DNA from: Squalus acanthias
Lineage: Eukaryota
Assembly (NCBI GenBank): GCA_030390025.1
Contig: CM059440.1
Span: forward strand, 38,130,001 to 38,194,000
Length of the DNA stretch: 64,000 nt
Direction: 5' to 3'
The first letter of the stretch is position 1. Every line of letters starts with the position of its first letter. The position numbers and the translations under genes were made by a program. The notes beneath the pieces were generated by a model. It saw only the letters and a list, made by a program, of their open reading frames with translations, was not told the DNA's origin and searched no databases. This document shows positions 12,503 to 23,904 of the stretch, piece by piece.

Positions 12503-14810
12503 CAAGCAGAACCTCAAAGGTGATAATCTCTGGATTGTTACCTGAGCCACATGCAAATTGGCATAGGGACAGATTAGAGGTTTAAATGTGTGCCTCAAAG
12601 AGTGGTGTGGGTGGAAGGAGTTTCGGTTCATGGGGCATTGACACCAGTACTGGGGAAAGAGGGAGCTGTTCCGTTGGGACGGGCTCTACTTAAACCGGAA
12701 TTAAATTGAATTGAATTCTAAAATCCTCCCAATCCTTCGGCCTACTATTCTTTTTGGCAACATTATAAGCCTCTTCCTTTGATCTAATACTATCTTAAAC
12801 ATCCCTTGTTAGCCATGGTTGGACCACTTTTCCTGTGGGGTTTTTGTACCTTAAAGGAATGTATATTTGTTGTAAATTATGTATTAATTCCTTAAATGCT
12901 TCTCTACCATCATACCTTTTAATGTAGTTTCCCAATCTACCTTAGCCAACTCGCCCCTCATACCTACGTAGTTTGCTTTGTTTTGATTTAAGACCCTAGT
13001 TTTAGATTTAACTGAATCACTTTGAAACTCAATATAAAAACCTATCATATTATGGTCACTCTTCCCTAAAGGTCCCTTTACTACAAGGTTATTAATTAAC
13101 CCTTTCTCATTGCACAATACTAGATGTAAAATAGCCTGTTCCCTAGTTGGTTCCTCAACATACCGATCCAGAAAACTGTCTTGCATACATTCCATGAATT
13201 CGTCCTCCACACTATTACTGCACATTTGGTTTGCCCAGTCTATATGTAGATTAAAGTCCCCCATGAGGACCTACATCCTGGGGTTTTGAAAGAGGTGGCT
13301 ATAGAGATAGTGGATGCATTGGTTGTCATTTTTCAAAATTCCATAGAGTCTAGAACAGTTCCCGTGGATTGGAAGGTAGCAAATATAACCCCACTATTTA
13401 AGAAAGGAGGGAGAGAGAAAATGGGAAACTACAGACCTGTTAGCCTGACATCAGTAGTAGGGAAAATGCTAGAATCTATTATTAAGGACATGGTAACAGA
13501 GCATTTAGAAAATAATAATAGGAGTGGGCAGAGTCAACATGGATTTTTGAACGGTAAATCATGTTTGACGAACCTGTCAGAGTCTTTTGAGGTTGTAACT
13601 AGCAGAATAGATAAGGGGGAACCAGTGGATGTGGTATATTTGGATTTTCAGAAGGCATCTGATAAGGTGCCACACAAGAGGTTATTAAACAAAATTAGGG
13701 CTCATGGGATTTGGGGGTAATATACTAGCATGGATTGAGGATTGGTTAACAGACAGAAAACAGAGAGTAGGACTAAACGGGTCATTTTCGGGTAGGCAGG
13801 CTGTAACTAGTGGGGTACCGCAAGGATCAGTGTTTAGGCCTCGGCTATTCACAATCAATGATTTAGATGAGGGGACCAAATGTAATATATCCATGTTTGC
13901 TGATGATACAAAGCTAGGTGGGAATGTAAGTTGTGAGGAGGATGCAAGGAGGCTTCAAGGGGATATAGACAAGCTAAGTGAATGGGCAAGAACATGGCAA
14001 ATGGAATATAATGTGGAGAAATGTGAAGTTATCCACTTTGGTAGGAAAAATAGAAAAGCAGTGTATTTTTTAAATGGTGAGAGATTGGGAAATGTTGGTG
14101 TTCAGAGGGACCTGGGTGTCTTTGTACACAAATCACTGAAAGCTAACATGCAGGTACAGCAAGCAATTAGGAAAGCAAATGGTATGCTGGCCTTTATTAC
14201 AAGAGGGTTTGAGTATAAGAGTAAAGACGTCTTACTGCAATTATATAGGGAAACCACACCTGGAGTATTGTGTACAGTTTTAGTCCCCTTACCTAATGAA
14301 GGATATACTTGCCACAGAGGGAGTGCAATGAAGGTTCACTAGACTGATTCCTGGGATGGGGGGATTGTCCTATGAGGAGAGATTGAGTAGATTAGGCCTA
14401 TATTCTCTAGAGTTTAGAAGAATGAGAGGTGATCTCATTGAAAAATACAAAATTCTTACAGGGCTTGACAGGGTAGATGCAAGGACGATGTTTCCCCTGG
14501 CTGGGGAGTCTAGAACCAGGGGTCACAGTCTCAGAATAAGGGGTCAGCCATTTAGGACTGAGATGAGGAGAAATTTCTTCCCTCAGAGGGTGGTGAATCT
14601 TTGGAAGTGTCAGAGGGCTGTGGAGGCTCAGTCGTTGAGTATATTCAAGACAGAGATTGATAGATTTTTTGATATTAAGGGAATCAAAGGTCATGGGGAT
14701 AGTGCAGGAAAGTGGAGCTGAGGTAGAAGATCAGCTATGATCTTACTGAATGGCGGAGCAGGCTCGAGGGGACGAATGGCCTCCTCCTGCTCCTATTTCT
14801 TATGTTCTTA
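12503..14810 (+). mobile_element. Rearranged CR1 LINE: ORF1 esterase piece (+, 12503-12700), inverted endonuclease/tether piece (-, about 12712-13266), RT plus 3'UTR (+, 13267-14810)
   Basis: KVIISGLLP...DGLYLN (SGNH-like); MGDFN...SDHN on the minus strand; NYRPVSLTS, YLDFQKA, GVPQGS, FADDTKL and a CR1 3' tail on the plus strand. Confidence 0.9.
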
Positions 14811-15194
14811 TAAACTTCCAACAAACATGGGCAAATTTGAGGTTAGGTCTACAATGGAGGGAGTATAATATACTTTGTAACACTTACCCTTGTCCCCATC
14901 ACATGGCCCTGTGCTACAAACATAGGCATATAACAATATATGAGGAGTAATTTTGCCACTTGGCATCCCCGGTGTGGAGCTTTGTCCATTGGGAGCACAT
15001 ATCAAAAATTTGGGTACGTACTGTGCATAATTTTCCAATAATGTGTGCCACAAAATAAATTACATTTGAGAAACTGCATCTGTGAGAGCCACCAGCATAA
15101 ACTCTGCTCAATGCATTGACCCTGATTCAAGCATTGATCGTGGATTCATGCAGTAGCTGTCTTCACATACAGTAGATGCATGGATCCTACCTGT

Positions 15195-15395
15195 TGCCTT
15201 CAGCCGCCTTGGTGGCACACTCTCGAACTAACTCCTCAAATCCCTCTTTAAAACCCATCTCAGTGACCGTCACCTCAGAGTACCTCCTTCTTTGGCTTGG
15301 GGGTCCATTTATTTTGGTTACACCTCTGTGAAGCACCTTGGGACGTTTTGCTACATTAAAGGCGCTATATGAATGCAAGTTGCTGTTGTTGTCAT
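15195..15395 (+). mobile_element. L2 LINE 3' end (degenerate)
   Basis: Same tail as 1284-1540. Confidence 0.7.
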
Positions 15396-15813
15396 TGAAC
15401 AGAGTAACACCCTTCCCTTTATTGCTCTTTAAGTTTCTATTTAGTGGCTGTTCTCCTCACAGTTCCATTTTTCCAATCACATCGAGTGTACAGCACAGAA
15501 AAAGGCCATTCGATCCCAACTGGTCCGTGCCGGCGTTTATGCTCCACACGAGCCTCCTCCCACCCTACTTCATCTCACCCCATCAACATATCCTTCTATT
15601 CCTTTCTCCCTCATGTTTATCCTGAAATGAATCCATGCTGTTCTCATCGACCACTTTTTGTGGTCGCGCGTTTCACATTCTTACCACTCTTCGGGTAAAG
15701 AATTTTCTCCTGAATTCCTTATTGGATTTATTAGTGGCCATGATGCGGAGATGCCGGTGTTGGACTGGGGTGGACAAAAATGAGAAGTCGCACAACACCA
15801 GGTTATAGTCCAA

Positions 15814-16609
15814 GGGGTAAAAATTGAGTCGCGCCCCATTTGGGGCGCTAACATCGCCGGGGCGCGACTTTTAGCGCCCCGAAAAAATTAGCGGCCCCGC
15901 GCCGGAACTTCAGTGGTTGCGCCCCAAGAGGGAAGCGGGGCGGCACTGGAAGCACCCCGCATCCCTCTTGGGGCGCTGCGAGGGAATATCCTGGCGCTAC
16001 GTGCCGCAGCGCCACGCGCTGCGGCACGTCGCGCCGCGGTATTGCAGGCCTTCCTCCCCTTCTTAAAGGGGAGGGACCCTGCGCAGCGCGAACCGGGGCC
16101 CAGCTGGGCCCCCAGGGATCGGGAGTGCCGGCAAAAGAGCCCGGCACTCAAGAGAAGTGCCGGGCTCTTGGAGCGCAGCCGGCACTTCACGGTGGGGGGG
16201 CTTCACGGGGGCCGGGGACAGCAACGGGGGCAGGTGCTGGCAGGCGGCCAGCAACAAAAATGGCCGCCTGCCACCTCCCCTTTAAATATCGCCGCCCCGG
16301 CCGCACGTACGCCTCCCTGAACCCGTCGGACATAGCGTCTGGCGGTAAATCAGGGGGCGCGACTGAAGATCGCGGCTGGAGCGCGAGCGGGGTGCTGCGC
16401 ATGGCGATGACGTCATCGCCGGCGGCGCAGCGCCACAGGGCGCTACCGGCTAGCGCCACAGGGCGCTACCGGCTAGCGCCGCCGCTAACCTCCCGCTGAA
16501 TTTTTCGGGAGGCGTGGGCGGCGCTGCGCCCGGGCGTTAGCTGCTTTATGCCCCATTAGCGCCCTCTTAAGGCGCTAACGGGAGGCGCAAGCAGCTGAAT
16601 TTTTCCCCC
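15814..16609. mobile_element. GC/CpG-rich non-autonomous DNA transposon (PIF/Harbinger-like MITE)
   Basis: TIR GGGGTAAAAATT / AATTTTTCCCCC. 3-bp TSD CAA (15811-15813, 16610-16612). The host sequence ttatagtccaacagtttt is restored on removal. Confidence 0.85.
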
Positions 16610-16627
16610 CAACAGTTTTATTTGAAA

Positions 16628-16664
16628 TCACGAGCTTTCGGAGCGCTGCTCCTTCGTCAGGTGA
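16628..16664 (-). ncRNA. Minimal hammerhead ribozyme motif (CUC triplet)
   Basis: Reverse complement reads UCAC-CUGACGA-A-GGAGC-AGC-GCUCC-GAAA-GC-UC-GUGA. Confidence 0.75.
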
Positions 16665-16795
16665 AGTGAAGGAATACCAATCAGCAAAGCATATACAGAC
16701 AGAGAACAATGCCTGTGTTGGCATTGTTGGCATTGTTCCCTGTGTTGGCATTGTTCTCTATCTATATATGCTTTGCCGATTTGTATTCCTTCACT

Positions 16796-16832
16796 TCACC
16801 TGACGAAGGAGCAGCGCTCCGAAAGCTCGTGA
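16796..16832 (+). ncRNA. Minimal hammerhead ribozyme motif (CUC triplet)
   Basis: UCAC-CUGACGA-A-GGAGC-AGC-GCUCC-GAAA-GC-UC-GUGA. Confidence 0.75.
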
Positions 16833-17858
16833 TTTCAAATAAAACTGTTGGCCTATAACTTGGATTTATTAGTGGTTATCTTGTATTTATGACCTCAATT
16901 TTGGACTTCCCACAAGTAGAAACATTTTCTCCGTGTCTACCCCATCAAACCCCTTCCTTCATTATCAGGTCACCCCTCAGCCTTCTCTTTTTTTCCTGTA
17001 GAAAAGAGCCCGAGCCTGCTCAGCTTTCCTGATAATAATTAATACAAAATTAGATTCTTGCACAGGTTCCCTGCCAGACTGGTTTCTGGAGATGTTCAGA
17101 TGTAATGATATTGTTTCGAGTATGGTTTTTTAAAATCATAATTTACGGGAACGCAGTTCAAACTGGGACAACATCCTTCTTATTAAAAGTAAAAATTGAA
17201 TCCATGCTGTACAGTGAATGAAGTGGAAAGAATTGTCAGAGGAGGTACTTAGTTGCAATTACTTGGTATTCAAAACCTTGTCAAACTAAATGTTAATATT
17301 TGGTGCAATACACAAGAATTGTCATTTGAACTGATCTTGATCTCCATTCAGGAGAATAGCTCCGTGAATTTTCAATTTACTCAATGGTAAATTGCTCTCA
17401 TTAAGAAGGACTAGATCGAGATTGTGTAAACTACTTTTGTTTTGGAATGTCTGCTCATCAGCAGCAATAGATTTGACCCATTAGTACGGACCGAATTTGA
17501 ATCGGGTCCCAGAAGTGAAAGGGCAGCGTTCTCACTCAGCTACCCAAACCCCTGTCACACTTTCTGGCTCAAGAACGGACAAGGAATTAGCCTTCTCAGT
17601 CCTTACAAATGCAAGTCTTTCTTCCTTTTCTTCGCATAACAAGGCGTTGCAACAATCGACAGATCTATCAGATAGCAGCTCTCCTGTCACTTTCAGTACT
17701 TTGCAGTCTGATCAAATGTTTATATCGTTAATTTCAAAATTACACAGGGCCTTGCACGTGCAGTAGATTGAGACGAAAGAAGGTGTCTGCTCTGTTTTTC
17801 ACTGGGTTCAATGCTGAGTGAGGGTTGACAAAAGGAGCAGAGCAAACAGCTAATGACA

Positions 17859-18041
17859 ACAGAAAACGCTGGAAAAACTCAGCAGGCCAGGCAGCATCCG
17901 TGGAGAGAGAAAGAGAGTTAACGTTTCAGGTCGATGACCTTTCGTCAGAACTGGGAAGAGGATGCTGCCTGGCCTGCTGAGTTTTTCCAGCGTTTTCTGT
18001 TGTTATTTCGGATTTCCAGCATTCGCAGTATTTTGCTATCG
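17859..18041. mobile_element. Penelope-type element, family B, short asymmetric inverted-repeat insertion
   Basis: TSD AAACAGCTAATGACA at 17844-17858 and 18042-18056. Inverted arms. Same 3'UTR as the GIY-YIG-bearing copies. Confidence 0.85.
17916..17952 (-). ncRNA. Minimal hammerhead ribozyme motif (family B)
   Basis: Reverse complement reads AGUU-CUGACGA-A-AGGUC-AUC-GACCU-GAAA-CG-UU-AACU. Confidence 0.75.
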
Positions 18042-18384
18042 AAACAGCTAATGACATTCTGCAGTCAAAATGCTTCGTGCGAATGGGATTTATTTGGCAC
18101 CAGATTGTTTTCAGTCAGCCAAAGCTTGATCCTTAGGCAAATTGCTTGTTGTATTCAAGTTCAAATTCCAAGTAACAGGAGTTTAAAAACTAGGCAGTGA
18201 GCAATAAGGGAGGGTAGGTGAATTTATTATATACAGGGTGATTGAGTTGTGGAATAAGTAACCAGTAAAGGGTACTGGAGTCGACAACTTCAAGAATCAA
18301 TTCGGTATGTTTCTGGAAAGTCAAGGGATTTGGTGAGAAGATGGAATTGAGATCGAGCAAAAAGTGACAAACTTGTTCAGCCAA

Positions 18385-18890
18385 ACTCTCGCCTCTGAGT
18401 CAGAAGGTCATGGATTCGAGTCCTACTCCAGAGACTTGGAATAGTACAGCACAGAAGGAGGCCATTCGGCCCATTGAGTCTGCGCCGAGCACAACAGCCA
18501 GGCTGACACTCCCAGTGCAGCGCTGAGGGAGCGCTGCACTGTCGGAGGTGCTGCCTTTCAGATGAGACGTTAAACCGAGGCCCCGTCTGCCCTCTCGGAT
18601 GGACGTAAAGATCCCATGGTGCTATTTCGAAGAAGAACAGGGGAATTCTCTCCGTTATCCTGGCCAATATTTATCCCTCAACCAGCAACGCTAAAATAAA
18701 TGATCTGGTCATTATCACATTGTTGTTTGTGGAAGCTTGCTGTGCGTAAATTGGTGTCCCGTTTCCTACATTACAACAGTGACTCCACTCCAAAAGTAGT
18801 CATTATTGTAATGTAGGAACCTAACTTCAAATTGGCTGTTACTGGGATGTGCTGAGGTGGTGAAAGGCGCTGTGTAAATGCTAGTCTTTT
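18385..18890 (+). mobile_element. Deu-domain SINE (SacSINE1-like), near full length
   Basis: tRNA head, Deu core (agatgagacgttaaaccgagg...gatcccatgg...cctggccaatattt) and L2-like tail. A short CR1 tip is inserted near 18440-18485. Confidence 0.85.
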
Positions 18891-19889
18891 TTTGCTAAAC
18901 ACGCTTATTATTGTGTAAATAGAAGTTAAGTGGCTTCAGCTAATCCCACTGTATCATGTTTCAGTGAGACAGTCATGCTAAAATGACATGTTTTCGTAAC
19001 GTAGTGCTTGGCTGAGCTCGAGTTAAACTTTGATCCGGTTTAATGAAACCTGTTCAGACATCTGCCGGAACAAAATTTAAAGCCGCTGGTGCCAACAGTC
19101 CAAAAGAAATTACGGGTGTCACTGGCCGCAATCCTTCTGAGACTGATCTGAAAATGGAAACGCTCAGCCCCCCAGATCATGCTGCTTACCTCGCTGCTGA
19201 AATTACCTTGTTGCTGTCTGCTTGCCTGGGTTAGACTGGAGGGGTGCAGTGACCTGTTTCAAAATAGCCACCCCGAGGGAATTGCTGCTCTGCCTGCTCT
19301 TAAAGATTGGTTCAACTTGGCAGGTCATTAAAGGAAATGGTAGATTGATAGCTTGGGAACTGTAATAATAATTGTAGAGTAGGCCAAGCGATATGAAGCA
19401 TAACTGCACCTTTAATCATCACCATGGGAACAGTTCAACATCACTCTGACCCCTTCCATGACCACCTGAGTGTGCGCTTCATTCCTCTGAAGGAAAATGT
19501 AACCAAAACATCTATTTAATTATCAAAAAACGATCGGTATTTTAAAAACAGATTGTAGTTCTAGGATATGCAGGGTTGATGTTATCAGGATCCGACTGCA
19601 ATTTTAACTCTGGCTGAAAAAGGTATGTTATTTTTCTTCTTTTGTGGGGCCAGGAGGAGTGGCGGTGCTCCTCTGGGCCCTGTGGGGAAAGCTGAGGCGC
19701 CCCCATCCCCTGGAACCTGCGCTAGCCTGCTCTATACAGACAGTGAAACAGGTTCACTCCCACTGTCTCCTCCACTCATTCCCCAGGCACTGAGGGGAGG
19801 TAGTCATGAGCAGCAGCTTTAACATGAATGCATATGATAAATGCAGGTCTGAAGTGGAACTGGCTAATGTAGAAGCTATCCACAGGGCA

Positions 19890-20785
19890 AGAGAAAGAAA
19901 GGCTTTCACGACCTCGGGACATCCCAAAGTGCTTTACAGCCAATTAAGTACTTTTGATGATAGCAAAATACTGCGGATGCTGGAAATCCGAAATAACAAC
20001 AGAAAACGCTGGAAAAACTCAGCAGGCCAGGCAGCATCCGTGGAGAGAGAAACAGAGTTAACGTTTCAGGTCGAAGACCTTTCGTCAGAACTGGAAAAAG
20101 CAGGAAATGAAATAGATTTAAAGCAAGGATAAAGCTGGGAAAAGGGGGAGGGGATGAAAGAACAAAAGGAGAGATTAAGAGACATTGAGAGACATTAAGA
20201 GATGATCAAGGCAAGAGGAGGTGTTAATGTGACAGGTTGAGGCTAAATGAAGTGTGAAATGCACTGGCAGAATGAAGGACAGCTGGCAGCTTCTGGGAGG
20301 AAAAAAAAAGGGGGTGGGGCCAAACAAAAGGGTGGATGAAAAAATAAAATATAAATGTGATAGGGGCCGAGGTTATGATCTAAAATTGTTGAACTCGATA
20401 TTGAGTCCAGAGGGCTGTAGGGTGCCTTTTGAAGTGTGGTCAACGTTGAAATGTAGGGAAACGCGGCAACTACTTTGCGCACAGCAAGCTCCCACTAACA
20501 GCAGTATGATAATGGTGATGTTGGTGGAGGGATAAATATTGGCCAGAGCACCAGGGAGAACGCCCCTGCTCGTCTTCAAAATAGTGCCATGGAATCATTT
20601 ACATCCACCCGAGAGGGCAGACAGGGCCTCCGTTTAACGTCTCATCCAAAAAACGGCACCTCCGACAGTGTGGCACTGCCCCAGTACTGCACTGGAGTAT
20701 CAGCTTAGATTATGCGCTTAAGTCTCTTGAACCTACAACCTTCTGTCTTAGAGGCGAGGGTGCTACCAACTGAGCCATGGCGGAT
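19890..20785 (-). mobile_element. Deu-domain SINE interrupted by a Penelope family B fragment
   Basis: SINE tail at 19890-19957 continues at 20433-20785. Confidence 0.8.
19958..20425 (-). mobile_element. Penelope-like element 3' fragment (GIY-YIG C-terminus plus 3'UTR, hammerhead at 20056-20092)
   Basis: Minus strand encodes GTLQPSGLNIEFNNFRS*. Hammerhead core intact. TSD CTTTTGA at 19951-19957 and 20426-20432. Confidence 0.85.
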
Positions 20786-21289
20786 ACCTCTAGCAGTTCC
20801 TACAGCACCAGGAGCTGGTATCAGAAGAGCTTCTGAAAATAATCGTCTATTGTGGAACTGTTTCCAATGTGGGCCAGTTCCACTGGTTAATTCGTGAAGC
20901 AGATTTGGAAATGATGAACCAACTGCTCATGCATGGGAGTCGTAAATGTAACATCCCAGTAACTGCAGTCGTGTATTTGTAGCTTCCTGATTCGCCCACA
21001 CACCTTCCCACCATGCAGCTCTCCAGCTGCCTTGGTCAGCATTTACTCCTCGGCCTAACTTGCTAGAACAGTTTAACTGGTTATTTGTCTCACTGATGTT
21101 TTGGGAACTTGCTGTGTGCAAATTGCTTGCTGATTCCCTACATCATAACTGACTTAATTTCACAAGTACTTCAATGGCGGTAAAGCGCTTTGGGATGTTC
21201 TGAGGCGTTATATAAATGCAAGTCTTGCTCTCTTCTTTGTCGAGAACTGTGTGCTTGCTGTTAGATGTAAGTGTGTAAAGCAGAAAATG

Positions 21290-22337
21290 GATTTTTGTTG
21301 TTGATAAAAGCAGCTCTTCCAATGCAGGCCTGATACTGTAGGCCTCCCCAAACCCTGGCTGCAAAGTGGTGCTGGTATTTTGCACTCAGGCAGACTGGCT
21401 GTGACAGGTTGGCAATACTCACATGCCTGGGACACTCACTGATCAAGAATGAATGTAAATTTTGATGTATTTTGTGTCCAAGTATGTCTTGAAATACAGA
21501 AGGTACATGGTTGTCTGTGAAGGTGACTTCTCTGAAATATGAGTCCGTCAAAACAGATCGGCACTTTAATTTTACACGTTTAAGACAATAAAAGAGTTAC
21601 AGACGCAGGTGGAACTGAACTTCAAACTCTGGATGATAGTTCTCACGTAGCACAAATTCAAGTATCTCTTTGTTTCGAATTGGTTTTAATCCTTGGAAGA
21701 TAAACCGGGGGTCGAGTTCTTTTATCCTTGGCTCAACAGTGGAACTGAGGGATTTCATGACAAACGCACCAATTAAACCTCTCAGCACTGGAATTTGAGC
21801 AATTCCAAAACAAAGAGAGTTGAGCAGAGGCCATTCGTGCCACCAGTAGGAGGGACATCATTTGGGCCAAGAGTTTCGGATATTTTTTAATCCAGAGGTG
21901 CATCTCTATTTGGTTTTCTATCGCTGGTATCTCTGAAGGCTGGGGCATGGTGTGAATAGAAATGAAGTAGCACTCACAGTGTAGCAGGAGTGGGTTTGAT
22001 GGTCCAAATGTTTAGATGGCGTTGAAGGTTGAGTGAAGAGGTGCCGCCCTTTTTCAGGTTCCTGTATTCAGATATTGGCACACAGGTTTGAGGCATGTGA
22101 CATTGTGGCCAAGCCAATGATTTGCCATTTTCATGGATAAAGAGACAGATAACGGAATATGATCTCCCAAAACACTTGTGTTGTAACCTCAGTTTCACTA
22201 GACTGCCTATCTGCGACCAAGATGCAGATGAGCCAGAAATGTCCCTGTTTGAATATTGTGAAAACACATTCCATCAAATTTGTCTCCTGCCGAAAACTCG
22301 GAACCATTATCCTTGTTCCATCTTCCTTCCTGGCTGA
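21290..22337 (+). pseudogene. Possible fossil Gypsy/Ginger-type DDE integrase with GPY/F-like motif and PHD-like finger
   Basis: Ordered degenerate motifs across frames: VVDKS, PGTLTDQE, KTIKEL, IGFNP, GFDGPNV, and PICDQDADEPEMSLFEYCENTFHQICLLP...CSI. Many stops and frameshifts. Confidence 0.35.
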
Positions 22338-22339
22338 GC

Positions 22340-22790
22340 CCGTCACTATCGCAGCCTCGGTGTCCTCTTTGACGCTGAGCTAAGCTTCAAACCCCTCACG
22401 CTATCCATCGTAAAGATCCCTTGCTTTCCCATCTGGAGCATTGCCTGCCTCCTTCCTAACCTCTTCTCTGAGGCCACTGAAACCGTAGCCCACACTTTTT
22501 TGTGATATCAGACTCAACCTCTTCAGCTCTTCTGGGCACTCCTGCTTCCCTGTCCCATTCTCACTGGCTTCTGAAGCTCCACCCTCGCTATAACTTGTCC
22601 AAAAAATCCGCCAGCCCCACCCCATCCTTCACCAAGTCCCTCTTAGTCCCTTGCCCATGCCCCTTGCCCCACTGACCTCCACTGGCTCCACCTTTCCTAA
22701 TGCACTGACTCCAAAACCTTTGTCCTTGCCTTCGACCCCATCATGGCCTTGCCCACTCTACAGTTGCAACCTCCTCCAACCCTGTGCTGT
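22340..22790 (+). mobile_element. Old L2 LINE ORF2 fragment
   Basis: Encodes RSLGVLFDAELSFKP, with a C/T-rich sense strand. Confidence 0.6.
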
Positions 22791-23181
22791 GCTGAGGCAG
22801 TTGGGTAAAGCACAACATTCAATCAGCAAATGGTCATATCCTCAAGGAAACATCTCCGGCCATTGCAAACGGTCTGTGTTAAATGTGTGTGAAATATCCA
22901 CCACAGGTGAATTAAATCAGAAAGGCTATTTATCCGCATACAGACACACAGGAGATAGAGACAGATCTCTCTGGCCAGCCACGAAATCTCTGAGGTAGTG
23001 CAAGACACAGAGAGATCCCTTTCGAGTCTGCAAGAGGGAGGGACACTCCATACTGAGGTGCAAATGTGAGCAGCTTGTGAATCTAGGGGCCAGACAGACT
23101 CGGGACATCCCAGCTACCTTTTGTACGCAACGGTAGCACACGGATGTATCATGAGAATTACCTGTGAGTGAAGGACACATC

Positions 23182-23901
23182 GGGGTCAGTTTTAACTTGG
23201 GGTGGGAATCGGGCGGGGGAGGGGGCCAAAGCGGGCGGCAATCCGTCTGCCCCCCTCCTCCCCCCCCCCCGGAGTGTGAGGCCCAGAAGATTTTAACTCT
23301 CGGGCCTCATTTGGATAACCTAAAACTGTCGGGAATGACGTCAATGTCAATGGGCAAGGGTGGAAAGTGGCGGGGCGGGGGGTGGAGGGTGGTAGAGGTC
23401 AGGCAGCCGCCGGGCACCCATGGGAACACTCCCCGGGCAAGGTAAGTGAGGAAGGTGGGGGATTAGGAATGATTGTCGTTGGGGAGGAGGTGGGGGCCTG
23501 GGGAGGTCCAAGGTATCCTTGCAGGGCCCGGGGTGGGGGGAGCACCCCTGCTCCTCCTGGCCCACACGGATTCCATGTAAAACCTAGCTCGGTCTCCTCT
23601 GGCCACTCTGTGTACTTCCGCCATGGTGGAGATGTTGGGGTTGGCCCCGTGCAAGTCTTCTGAATGTGGAAGTTAAAATCCTGTCATGGCGCCAATGACA
23701 TAATTGGGCCGCGACTTTAAGATTGAAATGAGGCCCCCGTCTGCCTCCCGCGGGAGTCTCGGACGTCTTCAGAGTCGGTGAAGATAAAATGTCGGCGGGC
23801 GGGAACGGCGGGGCCATGGAACGGTAAGTAGACTCTGCCTGATCTTAACCCCTCCCTCACGCACCATTCCCACTGGGTGAGGGGAGGATAAAATCGAGCC
23901 C
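23182..23901. mobile_element. GC-rich MITE (Harbinger-like)
   Basis: Imperfect TIRs ggggtcagttttaac / gataaaatcgagccc with subterminal inverted similarity. Confidence 0.6.
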
Positions 23902-23904
23902 ATT

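Larger units (their letters stand above)
15738..16859. mobile_element. Penelope-type fold-back element, family A copy 2 (interrupted by a MITE)
   Basis: TSD TTGGATTTATTAGTGG at 15722-15737 and 16860-16875. Hammerheads at 16628-16664 (-) and 16796-16832 (+). Confidence 0.85.
15478..17030 (-). mobile_element. CR1 3' fragment hosting nested insertions
   Basis: CR1 3'UTR at 15478-15737 continues at 16876-17030 after the insertion. Confidence 0.7.

Noticed and set aside
13286-14721. Functional reverse transcriptase gene
   Set aside because: Split by frameshifts, 5'-truncated and rearranged; a dead CR1 copy.
15848-16499. Cluster of overlapping GC-rich ORFs
   Set aside because: Stop-poor GC-rich MITE; no transposase or other motif recognised.
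19309-19327. Nuclear receptor half sites GGTTCA...AGGTCA as a retinoic acid response element
   Set aside because: Spacing is 7 nt, not the canonical DR1/2/5; could be chance.
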